64,000 nt of DNA from Bacillota bacterium (GTDB taxonomy: Bacteria; Bacillota; Clostridia; Lachnospirales; Lachnospiraceae): assembly GCA_023421505.1 (NCBI GenBank), contig JAEZTJ010000083.1:6515-70514 (forward strand), given 5' to 3'. Position 1 is the first letter of the stretch; each line of letters begins with the position of its first letter. A program made the position numbers and the translations under genes. Of the stretch, positions 10,277-20,907 are shown in pieces. A model generated the notes under the pieces. The model was given only the letters and a program-made list of their open reading frames with translations, ran no database searches and had not been told where the DNA came from.

Positions 10277-11695
10277 ATGAATAAAAGTTTGAGACATATC
10301 ACACAGGATATACAAAATAACAGGCTTTTGGAGGAGAATATTCCTCAATTGTTTAATTATATGGCGGATCATTATAAGTTGCTATCTGAGGTAAGGCTCT
10401 CTATGCATTATTTTACTTTTTATGAAGCCTATTATGATGATGAAGATACCTGGAGTGTGGATGCATGTAATACGCTTGACAGGATTAATCAGTTAATAAG
10501 GGATAACTATCTTAAATCTACGAATGGGCTGGAGCGGGAAGCGGCAGTAAAAGAGATAAATTCTATTCGACAGGAAATCATTCGTCGAATGAGCGTATTA
10601 ACTGCCTATACCGACATTTTTCAAAACTTTGAGTATTTATTAAATAGACTTGAATATCGGTTTAAAAAAGTTGACGTGCAGATAGATGATATAGAGTTTT
10701 CTAAGGAAGTACTTAGATTTATTTTTGATTCGGAAGATAATGTGCTAATTAATGAGAAAATAAAAGACATTATAGGTCAGTTACCAATTCGCATGACAAA
10801 ACAAAAATATTTTGAAATAATAAAAGAGAGTTTAGGTGCTTATCTTGGAGCTGACGACGCTTCCCTTGATAACTTTTTATTTATGCTAAGGACTTCAGCA
10901 ATGTTGTATTCCGAGAAAGGTATGGAAGTATTTTACCCTACCTTATGGGAGAAAAAAGAGTTTCTTTTACAGTTAGATTATAAGGATATCACCAAGGAAA
11001 ATTATGAGAAAGCCCTAAGCTTACTTCAGGCAGCAACCATAATACTGGAAACAGAGACAAATCTCTACTTCGGTCTACAGGAAATCGTAAATGAATTCTA
11101 TACTTTACTTTTATGTGCGCCATATTCGGGTATGGTTGTATCCGATACTGAGAAAGCACAAAAAGCTGCGGCTAAGGTTTTATATAATATTAATGAATTA
11201 TTTCTTTCAAAGAAAAAGAGCGATATATTTAATCAACTCATGGAATCCCTGACTGATTTAGAAGGCGTTCAAGAGGAGTTGGCTTTTGAACTGGATTTAA
11301 TGGAGAGTTCTTTTTATGAAATTAGTAAAAATCATAGAGCTTTAACAGGTAGTCTAATGCTGGAGCAGCTTTTTAAAGTTTTAAGCTGGTCTCAGAATTT
11401 GTTATCCAATAGTCTATTTATTGAGTTTGAGGAGGAGAGGAAAGAAACAACAGTAGATGAGGAGAGAATAGAACGGGAAGCAAAGGCTCTTTTTCAGGAA
11501 CTGTCAGGATTATTTGCAGGATATGACAGAATGATTAGCCGTTGCGTTATTGCAAATACCATTAATAAGGTACCGGTTTTCTTTCAAAATCATAAGGAAG
11601 TAATGGATTATGTTACTTATAGTCTGGAACGATGCTCTGATCCTTATGAAAAAGCAGCCTGTAAAGATATCATTGGAGAAATCATGCAGGCATAG
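10277..11695 (+). CDS. Hypothetical acidic helical protein
   Basis: 472-aa ORF, no recognisable motif. Confidence 0.8.
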   Translation: MNKSLRHITQDIQNNRLLEENIPQLFNYMADHYKLLSEVRLSMHYFTFYEAYYDDEDTWSVDACNTLDRINQLIRDNYLKSTNGLEREAAVKEINSIRQEIIRRMSVLTAYTDIFQNFEYLLNRLEYRFKKVDVQIDDIEFSKEVLRFIFDSEDNVLINEKIKDIIGQLPIRMTKQKYFEIIKESLGAYLGADDASLDNFLFMLRTSAMLYSEKGMEVFYPTLWEKKEFLLQLDYKDITKENYEKALSLLQAATIILETETNLYFGLQEIVNEFYTLLLCAPYSGMVVSDTEKAQKAAAKVLYNINELFLSKKKSDIFNQLMESLTDLEGVQEELAFELDLMESSFYEISKNHRALTGSLMLEQLFKVLSWSQNLLSNSLFIEFEEERKETTVDEERIEREAKALFQELSGLFAGYDRMISRCVIANTINKVPVFFQNHKEVMDYVTYSLERCSDPYEKAACKDIIGEIMQA

Positions 11696-11873
11696 TTATT
11701 GAAGCGTATTATCCGCACATGCGTGAATAAATATAGTCGAAAGCTAAAAACGCTGGAATGTAATGTTTGTATGAACTGTATTAACCTTGGTAATATGTGG
11801 TATACTATAACGGATAAATGAAAAAGCGGTGCGAAAGCACGTGAAAAACTAAATCAATTAAAGGTACGAGAAT

Positions 11874-12182
11874 ATGATTATTTGGACATCCAATCTTTAT
11901 GTTGGGGATAAAATGAAAAGAAAAAAAGCAAAAGCGGTTGCTTCCATTAATAAAAGAGAGGCAACCTTTGGAGTTTACTGTATTGCTTTTGCCTCTAATC
12001 CGAATAATCTGTTTGATATCATGGATGCCAATGAGCTTTTGTTTCCTCATTACAAGAGGATGGAAGTTCAGATAGTCGGTCTTGCTAAGGGAAAAGAGGA
12101 AGCTATGAAATTGGTGCAGTATATGCTTATGGAGGTATATAACCGAACTGGTAATTTTGATGTCAGAAACTATTTTACATAA
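11874..12182 (+). CDS. Hypothetical protein
   Basis: 102-aa ORF with SD aaggt, protein-like composition. Confidence 0.7.
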   Translation: MIIWTSNLYVGDKMKRKKAKAVASINKREATFGVYCIAFASNPNNLFDIMDANELLFPHYKRMEVQIVGLAKGKEEAMKLVQYMLMEVYNRTGNFDVRNYFT

Positions 12183-12326
12183 GATTGATTTGAGTGTCGA
12201 AAGTATGGTACCGATCTCTCTTACAGAATACTTTCACATTTGGATTAAGATTACATATTGAAAAATGTTTTTTATGATTACTGATATTTCATATGAATTT
12301 GAAAACAGAGATAAAGAGGTTGATGA

Positions 12327-13523
12327 ATGCTTCATATTATCCTACTGATATTAAAATTAATAGGGATTACACTACTGGTTTTGTTGGGAATTCTGCTGCT
12401 ACTTTTTCTCACCGTAATGCTTGTGCCCATAAGATACCGTATCGAAGCCGAACACGGAGAAAAGCTATGGCTTGATGGCAGGGCAGGCTGGCTTTTTCAT
12501 TTGATGCATGCCAGATTTTCTTATCTGGAAGGAAAGCTTCATATAAGAATTGGAGTTTTATGGTTTATTCTTTTTGATAATCTTAAGCCGAAAAAGCGAA
12601 AATTGAAAAAGAAAAGAATGAAAATGAATCATAAATCAATTAAGCTCCAAAAAAGAGATAAAGCCGTTAGGGAAAAAAGATCAGAAGATAAAAAACAGAA
12701 AGCTAATCAATTGGAAGGAAATAAGCAGAGTATTAAGGATGAAGCAAAAAATGCTTCACACAGCAAGAAAGTAGATTTAAATAGTTTATTGATAAAAACA
12801 GAGGAAAAGGTAAAAAATGAAATAACAGAAGAAATTAATTCTGAATTTAAAGAAACAATAGATGTAAATAATGATGAAGCTTCTATCATAAATTCGGATA
12901 GAGATTTAGATAGTGTATTCAATAAGGATACGGATAAGAATACTATAAAGCAAAAGAAGTTTGACCAAGAAGAAAGAATTATTCATGAAAATGGGACAAA
13001 TAAGGAAGAAGACATCCGTGAGAATTTAAAAGAATCTATCTTTAAAAAACTATCTCATAAAGTAATTGAAATTAAGAATAAAATCGTTGCATTTTTTTGC
13101 AATATAAAGAGAAAAATCATAGTAGCGGCAGAGACGATATCGGGAATAAAACATAAGGCAGGTTTAATTCATGGCTTCATTAAAAATGAGATCAATAAGG
13201 AAGGCTTTCAAGTAACCTTTGAGAGTTTGAGGAAAATGATAAAACATATACTGCCTACGAAGCTTAAATCTAGAATAGTCTTTGGCACAGGTGATCCGTG
13301 CAGCACGGGACAGGCTTTAGGTGTAGCAAGCGTTTTATATAGCTTTTATGGAGATAAGGTTCAGATAATACCTGATTTTGAAAATAAAATATTTGAAGGA
13401 AAACATTATGCCAGAGGAAGAATAAGATTAGTTACAATACTTATAATAGTAATTAAGCTGATTGTTGATAAACGGTTTAAACGGTTAAAGAATAATTTCC
13501 AAATATTAAAGGAGGCGTTATAA
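12327..13523 (+). CDS. DUF2953/YtfI-like membrane-anchored protein with long charged linker
   Basis: N-terminal TM, C-terminal FGTGDPCSTG...IIPDFE motif, directly upstream of a ytfJ homolog. Confidence 0.75.
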   Translation: MLHIILLILKLIGITLLVLLGILLLLFLTVMLVPIRYRIEAEHGEKLWLDGRAGWLFHLMHARFSYLEGKLHIRIGVLWFILFDNLKPKKRKLKKKRMKMNHKSIKLQKRDKAVREKRSEDKKQKANQLEGNKQSIKDEAKNASHSKKVDLNSLLIKTEEKVKNEITEEINSEFKETIDVNNDEASIINSDRDLDSVFNKDTDKNTIKQKKFDQEERIIHENGTNKEEDIRENLKESIFKKLSHKVIEIKNKIVAFFCNIKRKIIVAAETISGIKHKAGLIHGFIKNEINKEGFQVTFESLRKMIKHILPTKLKSRIVFGTGDPCSTGQALGVASVLYSFYGDKVQIIPDFENKIFEGKHYARGRIRLVTILIIVIKLIVDKRFKRLKNNFQILKEAL

Positions 13524-13937
13524 ATGGCGGAAAATAGTTTTAATTCAACAGTGGAATCACTGTTTAAAGGAATGGATAGTTTTATTACTACGAAGACAGT
13601 AGTTGGCGATGCAGTTAAAGTTGATGAGAATACAATAATTTTACCCTTGGTAGAAGTAAGCTTTGGTGTTGGAGCAGGTGCTTTCTCCGGTGAGAAAAAG
13701 AACAATGCGGGAGGCGGAATGGGCGGAAAGATAGCTCCGAGTTCTGTGCTTGTCATCCAGAATGGTACTTCAAAGCTGGTGAATATTAAGGAACAAGACA
13801 GTATTACAAAGATCCTTGATATGGTACCTGATTTGATTAATAAGTTTACCAATAAAGGAGCTAAGAAGAAAGACGATATTGATGAAAAAGTAGAAGAAGT
13901 GCTAAAAAACCAGACAGAAACTACGATTAATGAATAA
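13524..13937 (+). CDS. ytfJ: GerW/YtfJ family sporulation protein
   Basis: TKTVVGD, VSFGVGAG, GGGMGGKIAP motifs. Confidence 0.85.
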   Translation: MAENSFNSTVESLFKGMDSFITTKTVVGDAVKVDENTIILPLVEVSFGVGAGAFSGEKKNNAGGGMGGKIAPSSVLVIQNGTSKLVNIKEQDSITKILDMVPDLINKFTNKGAKKKDDIDEKVEEVLKNQTETTINE

Positions 13938-13974
13938 AGCTGTCATGAAGTAACGCATACAAACAAAATTCTAC

Positions 13975-14003
13975 TTGCATTATAATTCATATTCTGGTAG
14001 AAT
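13975..14003 (+). promoter_or_regulatory. SigA promoter of rpmB
   Basis: TTGCAT-17-TAGAAT with extended -10 TG. Confidence 0.6.
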
Positions 14004-14070
14004 AAATTTGTTTGTAAGGTCTATTGGGTCTTTGTTTAAGTGGTAAATTATACCTAAGGAGGTGCTTTTG

Positions 14071-14256
14071 ATGGCAAAATGTTCAATATGTGATAAAGGT
14101 GCTCACTTTGGAATCGCTGTGAGTCATTCTCATAGAAGATCTAACAAGATGTGGAAATCTAACGTAAAATCTGTTAAGGTTAAAGTTAACGGTGCAGCAA
14201 GAAAAATGTATGTTTGTACTTCCTGTCTTAGATCCGGTAAAGTAGAACGCGCATAA
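14071..14256 (+). CDS. rpmB: 50S ribosomal protein L28 (Zn-ribbon form)
   Basis: MAKCSIC...VSHSHRRSNKMWKSN...CTSCLRSGK, SD aaggagg. Confidence 0.97.
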   Translation: MAKCSICDKGAHFGIAVSHSHRRSNKMWKSNVKSVKVKVNGAARKMYVCTSCLRSGKVERA

Positions 14257-14258
14257 GG

Positions 14259-14300
14259 AAAAACGATGGGTGTCAGGGGGATCTTGACACCCGTTTTTTT
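14259..14300 (+). terminator. Intrinsic terminator after rpmB
   Basis: gggtgtcagg ... cttgacaccc followed by a T run. Confidence 0.8.
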
Positions 14301-14395
14301 AGTTCAGGAATAATTTGGATAACTACATACCTTACGACTTTATAGGATGACAATTTGAAGAGGTATATTGAAGAAGACATTTGCCGCCAAAGGTA

Positions 14396-14533
14396 TTAAT
14401 TACAAAATAAGTTGTATCCGAGCAGTAGACATAAAATAATGATACATATTGCTAATATCCCATTTGTAATGAATAGCATGATAGTCATACCTATAGCAAT
14501 CCAAAAAAGGATAAATCCGATCATTCTCTTCAT
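14396..14533 (-). CDS. Small two-TM membrane protein, 45 aa (MKRMIGFILFWIAIGMTIMLFITNGILAICIIILCLLLGYNLFCN), not in ORF track
   Basis: Translated by hand. SD-like ggaagtga, helical-hairpin hydrophobicity, converges on the rpmB terminator. Confidence 0.7.
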   Translation of the reverse strand: MKRMIGFILFWIAIGMTIMLFITNGILAICIIILCLLLGYNLFCN

Positions 14534-14736
14534 AATTGTCACTTCCAATCAATAATCATAGTAATATATATTATGCAAGAGAAACTGGTGTTATCACGTT
14601 GTAAATGAATAATATTGCAATATTATACGAAGAAGTTAAACTCTGGTTATACCTTTATACACTTATCTTCGTTATAATTATGGGTATACTAGAATTGAAC
14701 ATAGATATGAAACAGATAATAGATAGGAGGGTTAAT

Positions 14737-15093
14737 ATGAAAGGACATATGAACACTGAAATTGGTGAAATTATAATTGATAATGACGTATTGGCTAAAT
14801 ATGCCGGAGCTTCTGCGATTGAATGCTTTGGCGTTGTGGGTATGGCATCCGTTAACGTAAAGGATGGTATTGTTAAGCTTTTAAAGCGTGACAACTTAAG
14901 CCATGGTGTCAACGTTATTTTGGAAGATAACAAGATTATTATTGACCTGCATATTATCGTATCCTATGGTGTTAGTATTTCTGCGGTCGCTGATAACCTA
15001 ATCAGCAACGTTAAATATAATGTTGAGGAATTCTCAGGTATTGAGGTTAAGAAAATCAATGTATTTGTTGAAGGTGTCAGAGTCATTGACTGA
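14737..15093 (+). CDS. Asp23/Gls24 family protein (YloU-like)
   Basis: ECFGVVGMA, IDLHIIVSYG, INVFVEGV motifs. SD aggagg before ATG 14737; upstream of DAK2. Confidence 0.92.
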   Translation: MKGHMNTEIGEIIIDNDVLAKYAGASAIECFGVVGMASVNVKDGIVKLLKRDNLSHGVNVILEDNKIIIDLHIIVSYGVSISAVADNLISNVKYNVEEFSGIEVKKINVFVEGVRVID

Positions 15094-15128
15094 GCCTGAG
15101 ATGATCGACGTTTAAGGAGGAAGAACCA

Positions 15129-16802
15129 GTGGTTATTAAGACGATAGATGCAAAAACTCTTAAAAAGATGTTTCTTGCAGGAGCCGCAAGCATAGAAGCG
15201 AAAAAAGAGATTATCAATGAATTAAATGTCTTTCCTGTACCCGACGGTGATACCGGAACCAATATGACTCTTACTATTATGTCAGCAGTGAAGGAAGTTA
15301 ACAATCTTTCTAATCCTACGATTGAAGAACTGGCAAAGGCTATATCAGGAGGATCGCTTCGCGGAGCAAGAGGCAATTCCGGCGTTATACTGTCGCAGCT
15401 TTTTCGTGGATTTTCTAAAGAAATTAAAGATTATAAAGAGATAAATGTAACAATTATGACAAATGCACTTCAAAAGGCTGTAGAGACGGCATATAGAGCT
15501 GTAATGAAGCCTAAGGAAGGTACCATATTAACAGTAGCAAGAGGGGCAGCTGAACGAGCAGCACAGTTGGTTTCTGAAACAGATGATTTGGTGTTCTTTA
15601 GTCGTGAGGTGATTACTCATATGGAAGTTGTGCTAAAGAATACACCGGAGCTACTGCCGGTATTAAAAGAGGCTGGCGTTGTTGATTCAGGCGGACAGGG
15701 ACTTTTAGAGATTGTAAAAGGTGCTTATGATGCTTTGCTTGGTAAAGAAATATCCTTTAGTAATATTACCTCCAGTGAGGTACCTGCGGGAGCAAGCCGC
15801 GAGAAGATTTCTACAGATGATATAAAATTTGGTTACTGTACAGAATTTATTATTATGCTTGAAAAAGAATACAATGAAAAAATTGAAGAAGAGTTTAAAA
15901 CTTACTTAGAATCTATTGGTGATTCTCTTGTAGTCGTATCGGATGATGATATCGTAAAGGTTCATGTACATACGAACGACCCGGGTCTAGCTATTCAAAG
16001 GGCGTTAACGTATGGATCCCTGACCAGGATAAAGATTGACAACATGAGGGAAGAGCATAATGAGAGAGTAATTAAGAATGCCGATAAAGTGGTTGAAGAA
16101 CAGAAGAAGGAACAGAAAAAGGCCGTAGAAAATAAACCAAGAAAAAAATCAGGTTTTATAGCAGTTTCTATGGGTGAAGGATTAGACGAGATTTTTACCG
16201 GACTGGGAGTTGACTATATCATTAAAGGCGGACAGACAATGAATCCAAGCACAGAGGATATGCTCAATGCCATTAGTGAAGTAAATGCCGATAATATTTT
16301 TATCCTGCCCAATAATAGTAATATCATTCTTGCGGCTGAACAGGCAAAGCAGTTAACAGAGGATAAGAATATATACGTAATCCCATCTAAAACAGTACCG
16401 CAAGGAATTACCGCTGTCATTAATTTTGTATATGACAAATCTGCTTCAGAAAATGCAACAAGAATGAGTGAAGAGATGCAGAAAGTAAAATCCGGTCAGG
16501 TTACCTATGCGGTTAGAGATACCAATCTTGATGGTAAAGATATTAAGCAAGGTAATATAATGGGTATTGGAGATAAGACAATATTATCTGTAGGGACCGA
16601 AATAAAGGAAACAACTTTAGAGCTTATCAAATCTTTGGTGGATGATACTTCAGAGTTAATCAGTTTATACTACGGAGAAGAAATTAACGAAGAGGAAGCA
16701 AATGCACTTGCAGATTTAGTAATGGAACAATATCCTGATATGGATGTGGAGGTTCATTACGGAGGCCAACCGATCTATTATTATGTATTATCAGTAGAAT
16801 AA
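15129..16802 (+). CDS. fakA: DAK2-domain fatty acid kinase subunit A (YloV/FakA)
   Basis: LNVFPVPDGDTGTNM, GARGNSGVILSQ, VVDSGGQG, GGQTMNPS. Confidence 0.92.
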   Translation: MVIKTIDAKTLKKMFLAGAASIEAKKEIINELNVFPVPDGDTGTNMTLTIMSAVKEVNNLSNPTIEELAKAISGGSLRGARGNSGVILSQLFRGFSKEIKDYKEINVTIMTNALQKAVETAYRAVMKPKEGTILTVARGAAERAAQLVSETDDLVFFSREVITHMEVVLKNTPELLPVLKEAGVVDSGGQGLLEIVKGAYDALLGKEISFSNITSSEVPAGASREKISTDDIKFGYCTEFIIMLEKEYNEKIEEEFKTYLESIGDSLVVVSDDDIVKVHVHTNDPGLAIQRALTYGSLTRIKIDNMREEHNERVIKNADKVVEEQKKEQKKAVENKPRKKSGFIAVSMGEGLDEIFTGLGVDYIIKGGQTMNPSTEDMLNAISEVNADNIFILPNNSNIILAAEQAKQLTEDKNIYVIPSKTVPQGITAVINFVYDKSASENATRMSEEMQKVKSGQVTYAVRDTNLDGKDIKQGNIMGIGDKTILSVGTEIKETTLELIKSLVDDTSELISLYYGEEINEEEANALADLVMEQYPDMDVEVHYGGQPIYYYVLSVE

Positions 16803-16837
16803 TTAAATAAAAAAAGCTTTATTAGCTTTACTATAGG

Positions 16838-16872
16838 ATAGTGGTTCGAGGGAGAAGGCGAACCACTATTTT
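16838..16872 (+). terminator. Intrinsic terminator
   Basis: atagtggttcg ... cgaaccactat followed by ttt. Confidence 0.75.
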
Positions 16873-16952
16873 CATACATTAGAATTTTAATACTTATAGT
16901 TTGATAAGTTTTGTAATCACCTACTTTATATTTTAATGTGGAGGTAATGGAT

Positions 16953-17576
16953 ATGGATCAGCAGAGGATACCAAAACCGGGGGAAATATACATGCATTTT
17001 AAAGGCATGCTATATCAGATTATCACAGTTGCAATACATAGTGAGACGAGAGAGTATATGGTGGTATATCAGGCTTTATACGGAGAGTATAAGACTTTCG
17101 TCAGGCCACTTGATATGTTTTTAAGTAAAGTAGATAAAGAGAAATATCCTGAAGTCAAACAGCAATTTCGGTTTACATTAAGAACCTCCCAGGAAGAGCT
17201 TGTTGAGATCATAGACAGTAATGAAAAAGCGAAACTACAACAAATGACTGAAAAAAACACAACAAATGTGATACAAGCCCCGATCGATCAGTTAGAGGCA
17301 ATTGTTTCAGATAATAAATCTATAACGATAGAAGAGGCTCCTTTACCATCAGAGGAGGTAAACCCAATTTTATTGGATTTTTTAGATGCCCCTTCCTATA
17401 GCAGAAAATTAGAAATCCTTACCTCTAATATAAAAAATCTCAATGATCGTTTAATTAATGATATGGCAGTAGCTCTCGATTGTTCGGTTGATGATGGGCC
17501 TATAGAGCAAAGAATTCAGGGCTTAATTGTCTGTCTTCAGGCTATGAGAAGATTTGAAGATAGAAGATTGCGATGA
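16953..17576 (+). CDS. DUF1653-domain protein
   Basis: YMHFKG...AIHSET..MVVYQALYG...FVRPLDMF.SKVD...QQFRF. SD ggaggt. Confidence 0.85.
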   Translation: MDQQRIPKPGEIYMHFKGMLYQIITVAIHSETREYMVVYQALYGEYKTFVRPLDMFLSKVDKEKYPEVKQQFRFTLRTSQEELVEIIDSNEKAKLQQMTEKNTTNVIQAPIDQLEAIVSDNKSITIEEAPLPSEEVNPILLDFLDAPSYSRKLEILTSNIKNLNDRLINDMAVALDCSVDDGPIEQRIQGLIVCLQAMRRFEDRRLR

Positions 17577-17592
17577 TATAAGCTAATATAAT

Positions 17593-17701
17593 GAGGATGT
17601 TCCAAATTTTAAGTCTACCTTATCTAGCTGATATATAACAGCATAATAGGATATTAACTATTTACTGATTAAGGAGCAGACTTAAATCTTGGAAGATCCT
17701 C
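17593..17701. repeat. About 110-bp segment bounded by 24-bp imperfect inverted repeats (long terminator or MITE-like)
   Basis: gaggatgttccaaattttaagtct versus the reverse complement of agacttaaatcttggaagatcctc: 21/24 match. Confidence 0.55.
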
Positions 17702-17820
17702 TTTTAATTATCACGAAAAATACTCTTAAGGTCAATATCATACAAGAGGATTATAAGCTCGTCATGATATTATTAATTAGGTAATTACCTTAAACTATTC
17801 CGTTACAGGGAGGAGATTGA

Positions 17821-18642
17821 ATGGAACAGGAATTACGGACAGTTAACTATGATAAAGATTTAAAAATTGAAGCCTACCGATTCCAAGGTATCATGCAGAA
17901 GTTTCCCAATCATTTTCATGAATATTATGTGGTTGGCTTTATTGAAAGCGGAAAAAGACACTTGTCCTGTAAAAATAAAGAATATATTGTTAACTCTGGG
18001 GATCTACTGTTGTTTAATCCTATGGATAATCATACCTGTGAACAGATTGATGATAGAACCTTAGATTACAGGTGCATCAATATTAAACCAGAGATTATGC
18101 AGAAAGCAGTCTCTGAAATAACGGGTAAGGATTATCTGCCTCGCTTTACGCAGCCGGTCGTATATCATAGTGAGCAGGTGGAGCCCCTTCATGAATTACA
18201 TATAGCTATTATGGAGGAACAGAGAGATTTTAAGAAGGAAGAGACCTTTTTATTTTTGATTGAGCAGCTTATTACGCAGTATTCGTATACATCGATGCTC
18301 TCAGATGATACTGAAATTGATGCTGGGATTCAAGCAGTAAGAGATTATTTGGAAAAACATTATGCGGAACGTATTACGCTAGAGGAACTAAGTGCCCTAT
18401 CAAAAATGAATAAGTATTCTCTGCTTCGTTCTTTTACTAGACTTTTAGGCATAACACCGTATCGCTATTTGGAAACTGTCAGAATCGGTGAAGCAAAAAA
18501 GCTTTTAGAAGCAGGGATAGAGCCAATTGATGCAGCGTTACAGACCGGTTTTTCAGATCAAAGTCATTTTACTAATTATTTTAAGGAATATATAGGCTTG
18601 ACTCCAAAACAATATCAAAATATATTTTTTGAAATTATTTAA
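17821..18642 (+). CDS. AraC-family transcriptional regulator
   Basis: N-terminal cupin FPNHFHEYY and C-terminal GFSDQSHFT...GLTPKQY HTH. Confidence 0.93.
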   Translation: MEQELRTVNYDKDLKIEAYRFQGIMQKFPNHFHEYYVVGFIESGKRHLSCKNKEYIVNSGDLLLFNPMDNHTCEQIDDRTLDYRCINIKPEIMQKAVSEITGKDYLPRFTQPVVYHSEQVEPLHELHIAIMEEQRDFKKEETFLFLIEQLITQYSYTSMLSDDTEIDAGIQAVRDYLEKHYAERITLEELSALSKMNKYSLLRSFTRLLGITPYRYLETVRIGEAKKLLEAGIEPIDAALQTGFSDQSHFTNYFKEYIGLTPKQYQNIFFEII

Positions 18643-18716
18643 ACGATTACTTAATGCTCCTACGGATTTAATAAATTTTGCAATTACCAAATTATATTTA
18701 TTTAAGAAAGGAAGTT

Positions 18717-19628
18717 ATGGAAAAGAATAAATATGCAGCGGGGCATCTGTCAGCCGCACTTACAATACTGATTTGGGGTACCACGTTTATTTCTACGAAG
18801 CTTTTATTACAGGATTTTAAACCTGTAGAGATATTATTTCTTCGATTTGTTATGGGATTACTTGCACTTATATTAATTAGTCCAAGGCATTTAAAAATAT
18901 CAGATAAAAAGCAGGAAGTTATCTTTGCCTGTGCAGGCTTATGCGGAATAACCTTATATTATTTATTAGAAAATATTGCGCTTACTTATTCTATGGCCTC
19001 CAATGTAGGCGTAATTATCTCTGTTGCACCGTTATTTACGGGTGTTTTAGCTTGGCGTTTTCTCAAGGGAGAAGCCCTTACTATTAACTTTTTCATTGGT
19101 TTTTTAACGGCTATTATAGGTATTAGCTTGATAAGCTTCAGTGGAAGCACTGCCTTTAAAGTTAATCCGTTAGGTGATTTATTGGCATTAGCGGCAGCTG
19201 CTCTTTGGGCTATCTATTCCATACTGACGAAAAAAATAAGTACTTATGGCTATCCTACAATTCAAACTACGAAAAGAATATTTGCTTACGGACTTCTATT
19301 TATGCTACCGGCTCTGTTTCTATTTGACTTTAAGCCGGATTTTACTTGCTTTCAAGATCCGATAAATCTGTTTAATATTCTATTTTTAGGACTTGGAGCT
19401 TCTGCTTTATGCTTTGTAACCTGGAATTTTGCAGTTAAAAAACTAGGTGCAGTAAAAACTAGTATCTATATTTATATGGTTCCTGTCATTACGGTCTTCA
19501 CTTCGGTTATGATACTGAAAGAAGTAATTACCTGGCCAACTGCAGTAGGAACTATATTAACCATGACAGGACTATTTATTTCAAAAAGTAAATTCAGAAT
19601 AAGAAAAACAGAGACGGTTAAGTACTAA
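18717..19628 (+). CDS. DMT/EamA family exporter
   Basis: IWGTTFIS, ten TMs, two EamA repeats. Start refined to ATG 18717. Confidence 0.9.
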   Translation: MEKNKYAAGHLSAALTILIWGTTFISTKLLLQDFKPVEILFLRFVMGLLALILISPRHLKISDKKQEVIFACAGLCGITLYYLLENIALTYSMASNVGVIISVAPLFTGVLAWRFLKGEALTINFFIGFLTAIIGISLISFSGSTAFKVNPLGDLLALAAAALWAIYSILTKKISTYGYPTIQTTKRIFAYGLLFMLPALFLFDFKPDFTCFQDPINLFNILFLGLGASALCFVTWNFAVKKLGAVKTSIYIYMVPVITVFTSVMILKEVITWPTAVGTILTMTGLFISKSKFRIRKTETVKY

Positions 19629-19703
19629 TAAAAAATGGTCACGTTTTACCAAACCATAAATGGAGAAGCAGTACGTGACCTTTACTGTTTATGAGTTAAT
19701 ATG

Positions 19704-20072
19704 TTACCAGGTAAATTTATAACTTCCTCTATGTTTTTCGGTTACAACCTTAATTGTGTATTTGCCAGGTTCAGTCAGTGTAACGTGAAAATCTTTGGTA
19801 CCGATATCATGCCCTTCATAAGCATAATCATCTTCATCTTTGTAAATAAAAACATCAATAGTTCCTTTCTTAGTAACGATATTTACCGAAATATCAACGG
19901 TTTCTCCCTCGTCTACCGTAAGTTTAGTTTGTCTTGTACCATTGAGTTTAAAATAAGAGCCGGACATTTTTCCGGAGGAATCTGAGCCAACGAACCCTAC
20001 TGCAACACTTGAGCATCCGCTTAACATAAACAATACTAACAATGACATAGAGATTAACAATATTTTTTTCAT
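19704..20072 (-). CDS. Small lipoprotein
   Basis: MKKILL...FMLSGC lipobox, beta-rich mature part, last gene of the GntR/ABC operon. Confidence 0.75.
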   Translation of the reverse strand: MKKILLISMSLLVLFMLSGCSSVAVGFVGSDSSGKMSGSYFKLNGTRQTKLTVDEGETVDISVNIVTKKGTIDVFIYKDEDDYAYEGHDIGTKDFHVTLTEPGKYTIKVVTEKHRGSYKFTW

Positions 20073-20121
20073 AAGATATCCTTTCCTGGGATTATTTGAT
20101 ATTTTATCATAGTCTTTATAG

Positions 20122-20907
20122 CTATTCAAGATTTAGCTTCCTTTTAAACAGATAATTTGCTGCTATATAATATAAGGCACTAAAGAAGAATAGAAATATA
20201 AGCATCAGTGGCAGAATTAATTTAATGAGACTTTCTGATTCGCCAAAGGTATTGTCGAATATGAGATTAATGATATAAATTAATATAGTACCGATAATCT
20301 GAGTTACTGTATTGAGGGCGATATATGCTGCAAAGGAGCCTATTATTTTATGCCCATTAAATAATTGTCCTGCTGCAATGGAGGCATATATTAATAAAAT
20401 TCCGTATATTAGTGCGAAAAAAATCATTAGAATCATTTCAATATTGAAAAGAACTGCGAGATTACCAAATTCTTCATTTATAACTTCCATGTAATCATGA
20501 ATTCCCTCTCGAATTAGTTCCATCCTATCATTTGACACCACTACCATGAATATGGAACCTAGCACAGCTATAGTACTTACGACTGACCAGAAAATGGATG
20601 CGATCAGCTTTGAATTAATGAGCTGGTGTGCTTTAACCGGAAGTGTAAACATCAGATAACCTTCGTCTGTGGTTAAATTCTTATGAAAACGATATATGAT
20701 TATTACAACTGATACTACGATAGTGGCAAATATCGCCACAATATAGAGAAAGGTGATAAAACCCGGAATAATTTTTAAAGAGCCTTTAAAAATATTGAGA
20801 CTCAAAAAAATCCTGTCTGCAATTGATAAAAAAATTAAAGTAATATATAAGGGCAATAATAACCTTGCACAAGCTTTCATTTCATGTTTTAGCAATTTAC
20901 TTAGCAT
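20122..20907 (-). CDS. ABC-2-type transporter permease
   Basis: Six TMs, EGYLMFTLPV motif, overlaps the ATPase stop. Confidence 0.85.
   Translation of the reverse strand: MLSKLLKHEMKACARLLLPLYITLIFLSIADRIFLSLNIFKGSLKIIPGFITFLYIVAIFATIVVSVVIIIYRFHKNLTTDEGYLMFTLPVKAHQLINSKLIASIFWSVVSTIAVLGSIFMVVVSNDRMELIREGIHDYMEVINEEFGNLAVLFNIEMILMIFFALIYGILLIYASIAAGQLFNGHKIIGSFAAYIALNTVTQIIGTILIYIINLIFDNTFGESESLIKLILPLMLIFLFFFSALYYIAANYLFKRKLNLE

Noticed and set aside
10072..10284. 70-aa ORF preceded by aggagg
   Set aside because: SD-to-TTG spacing is only about 3 nt and the translation has no protein-like features; probably promoter DNA.
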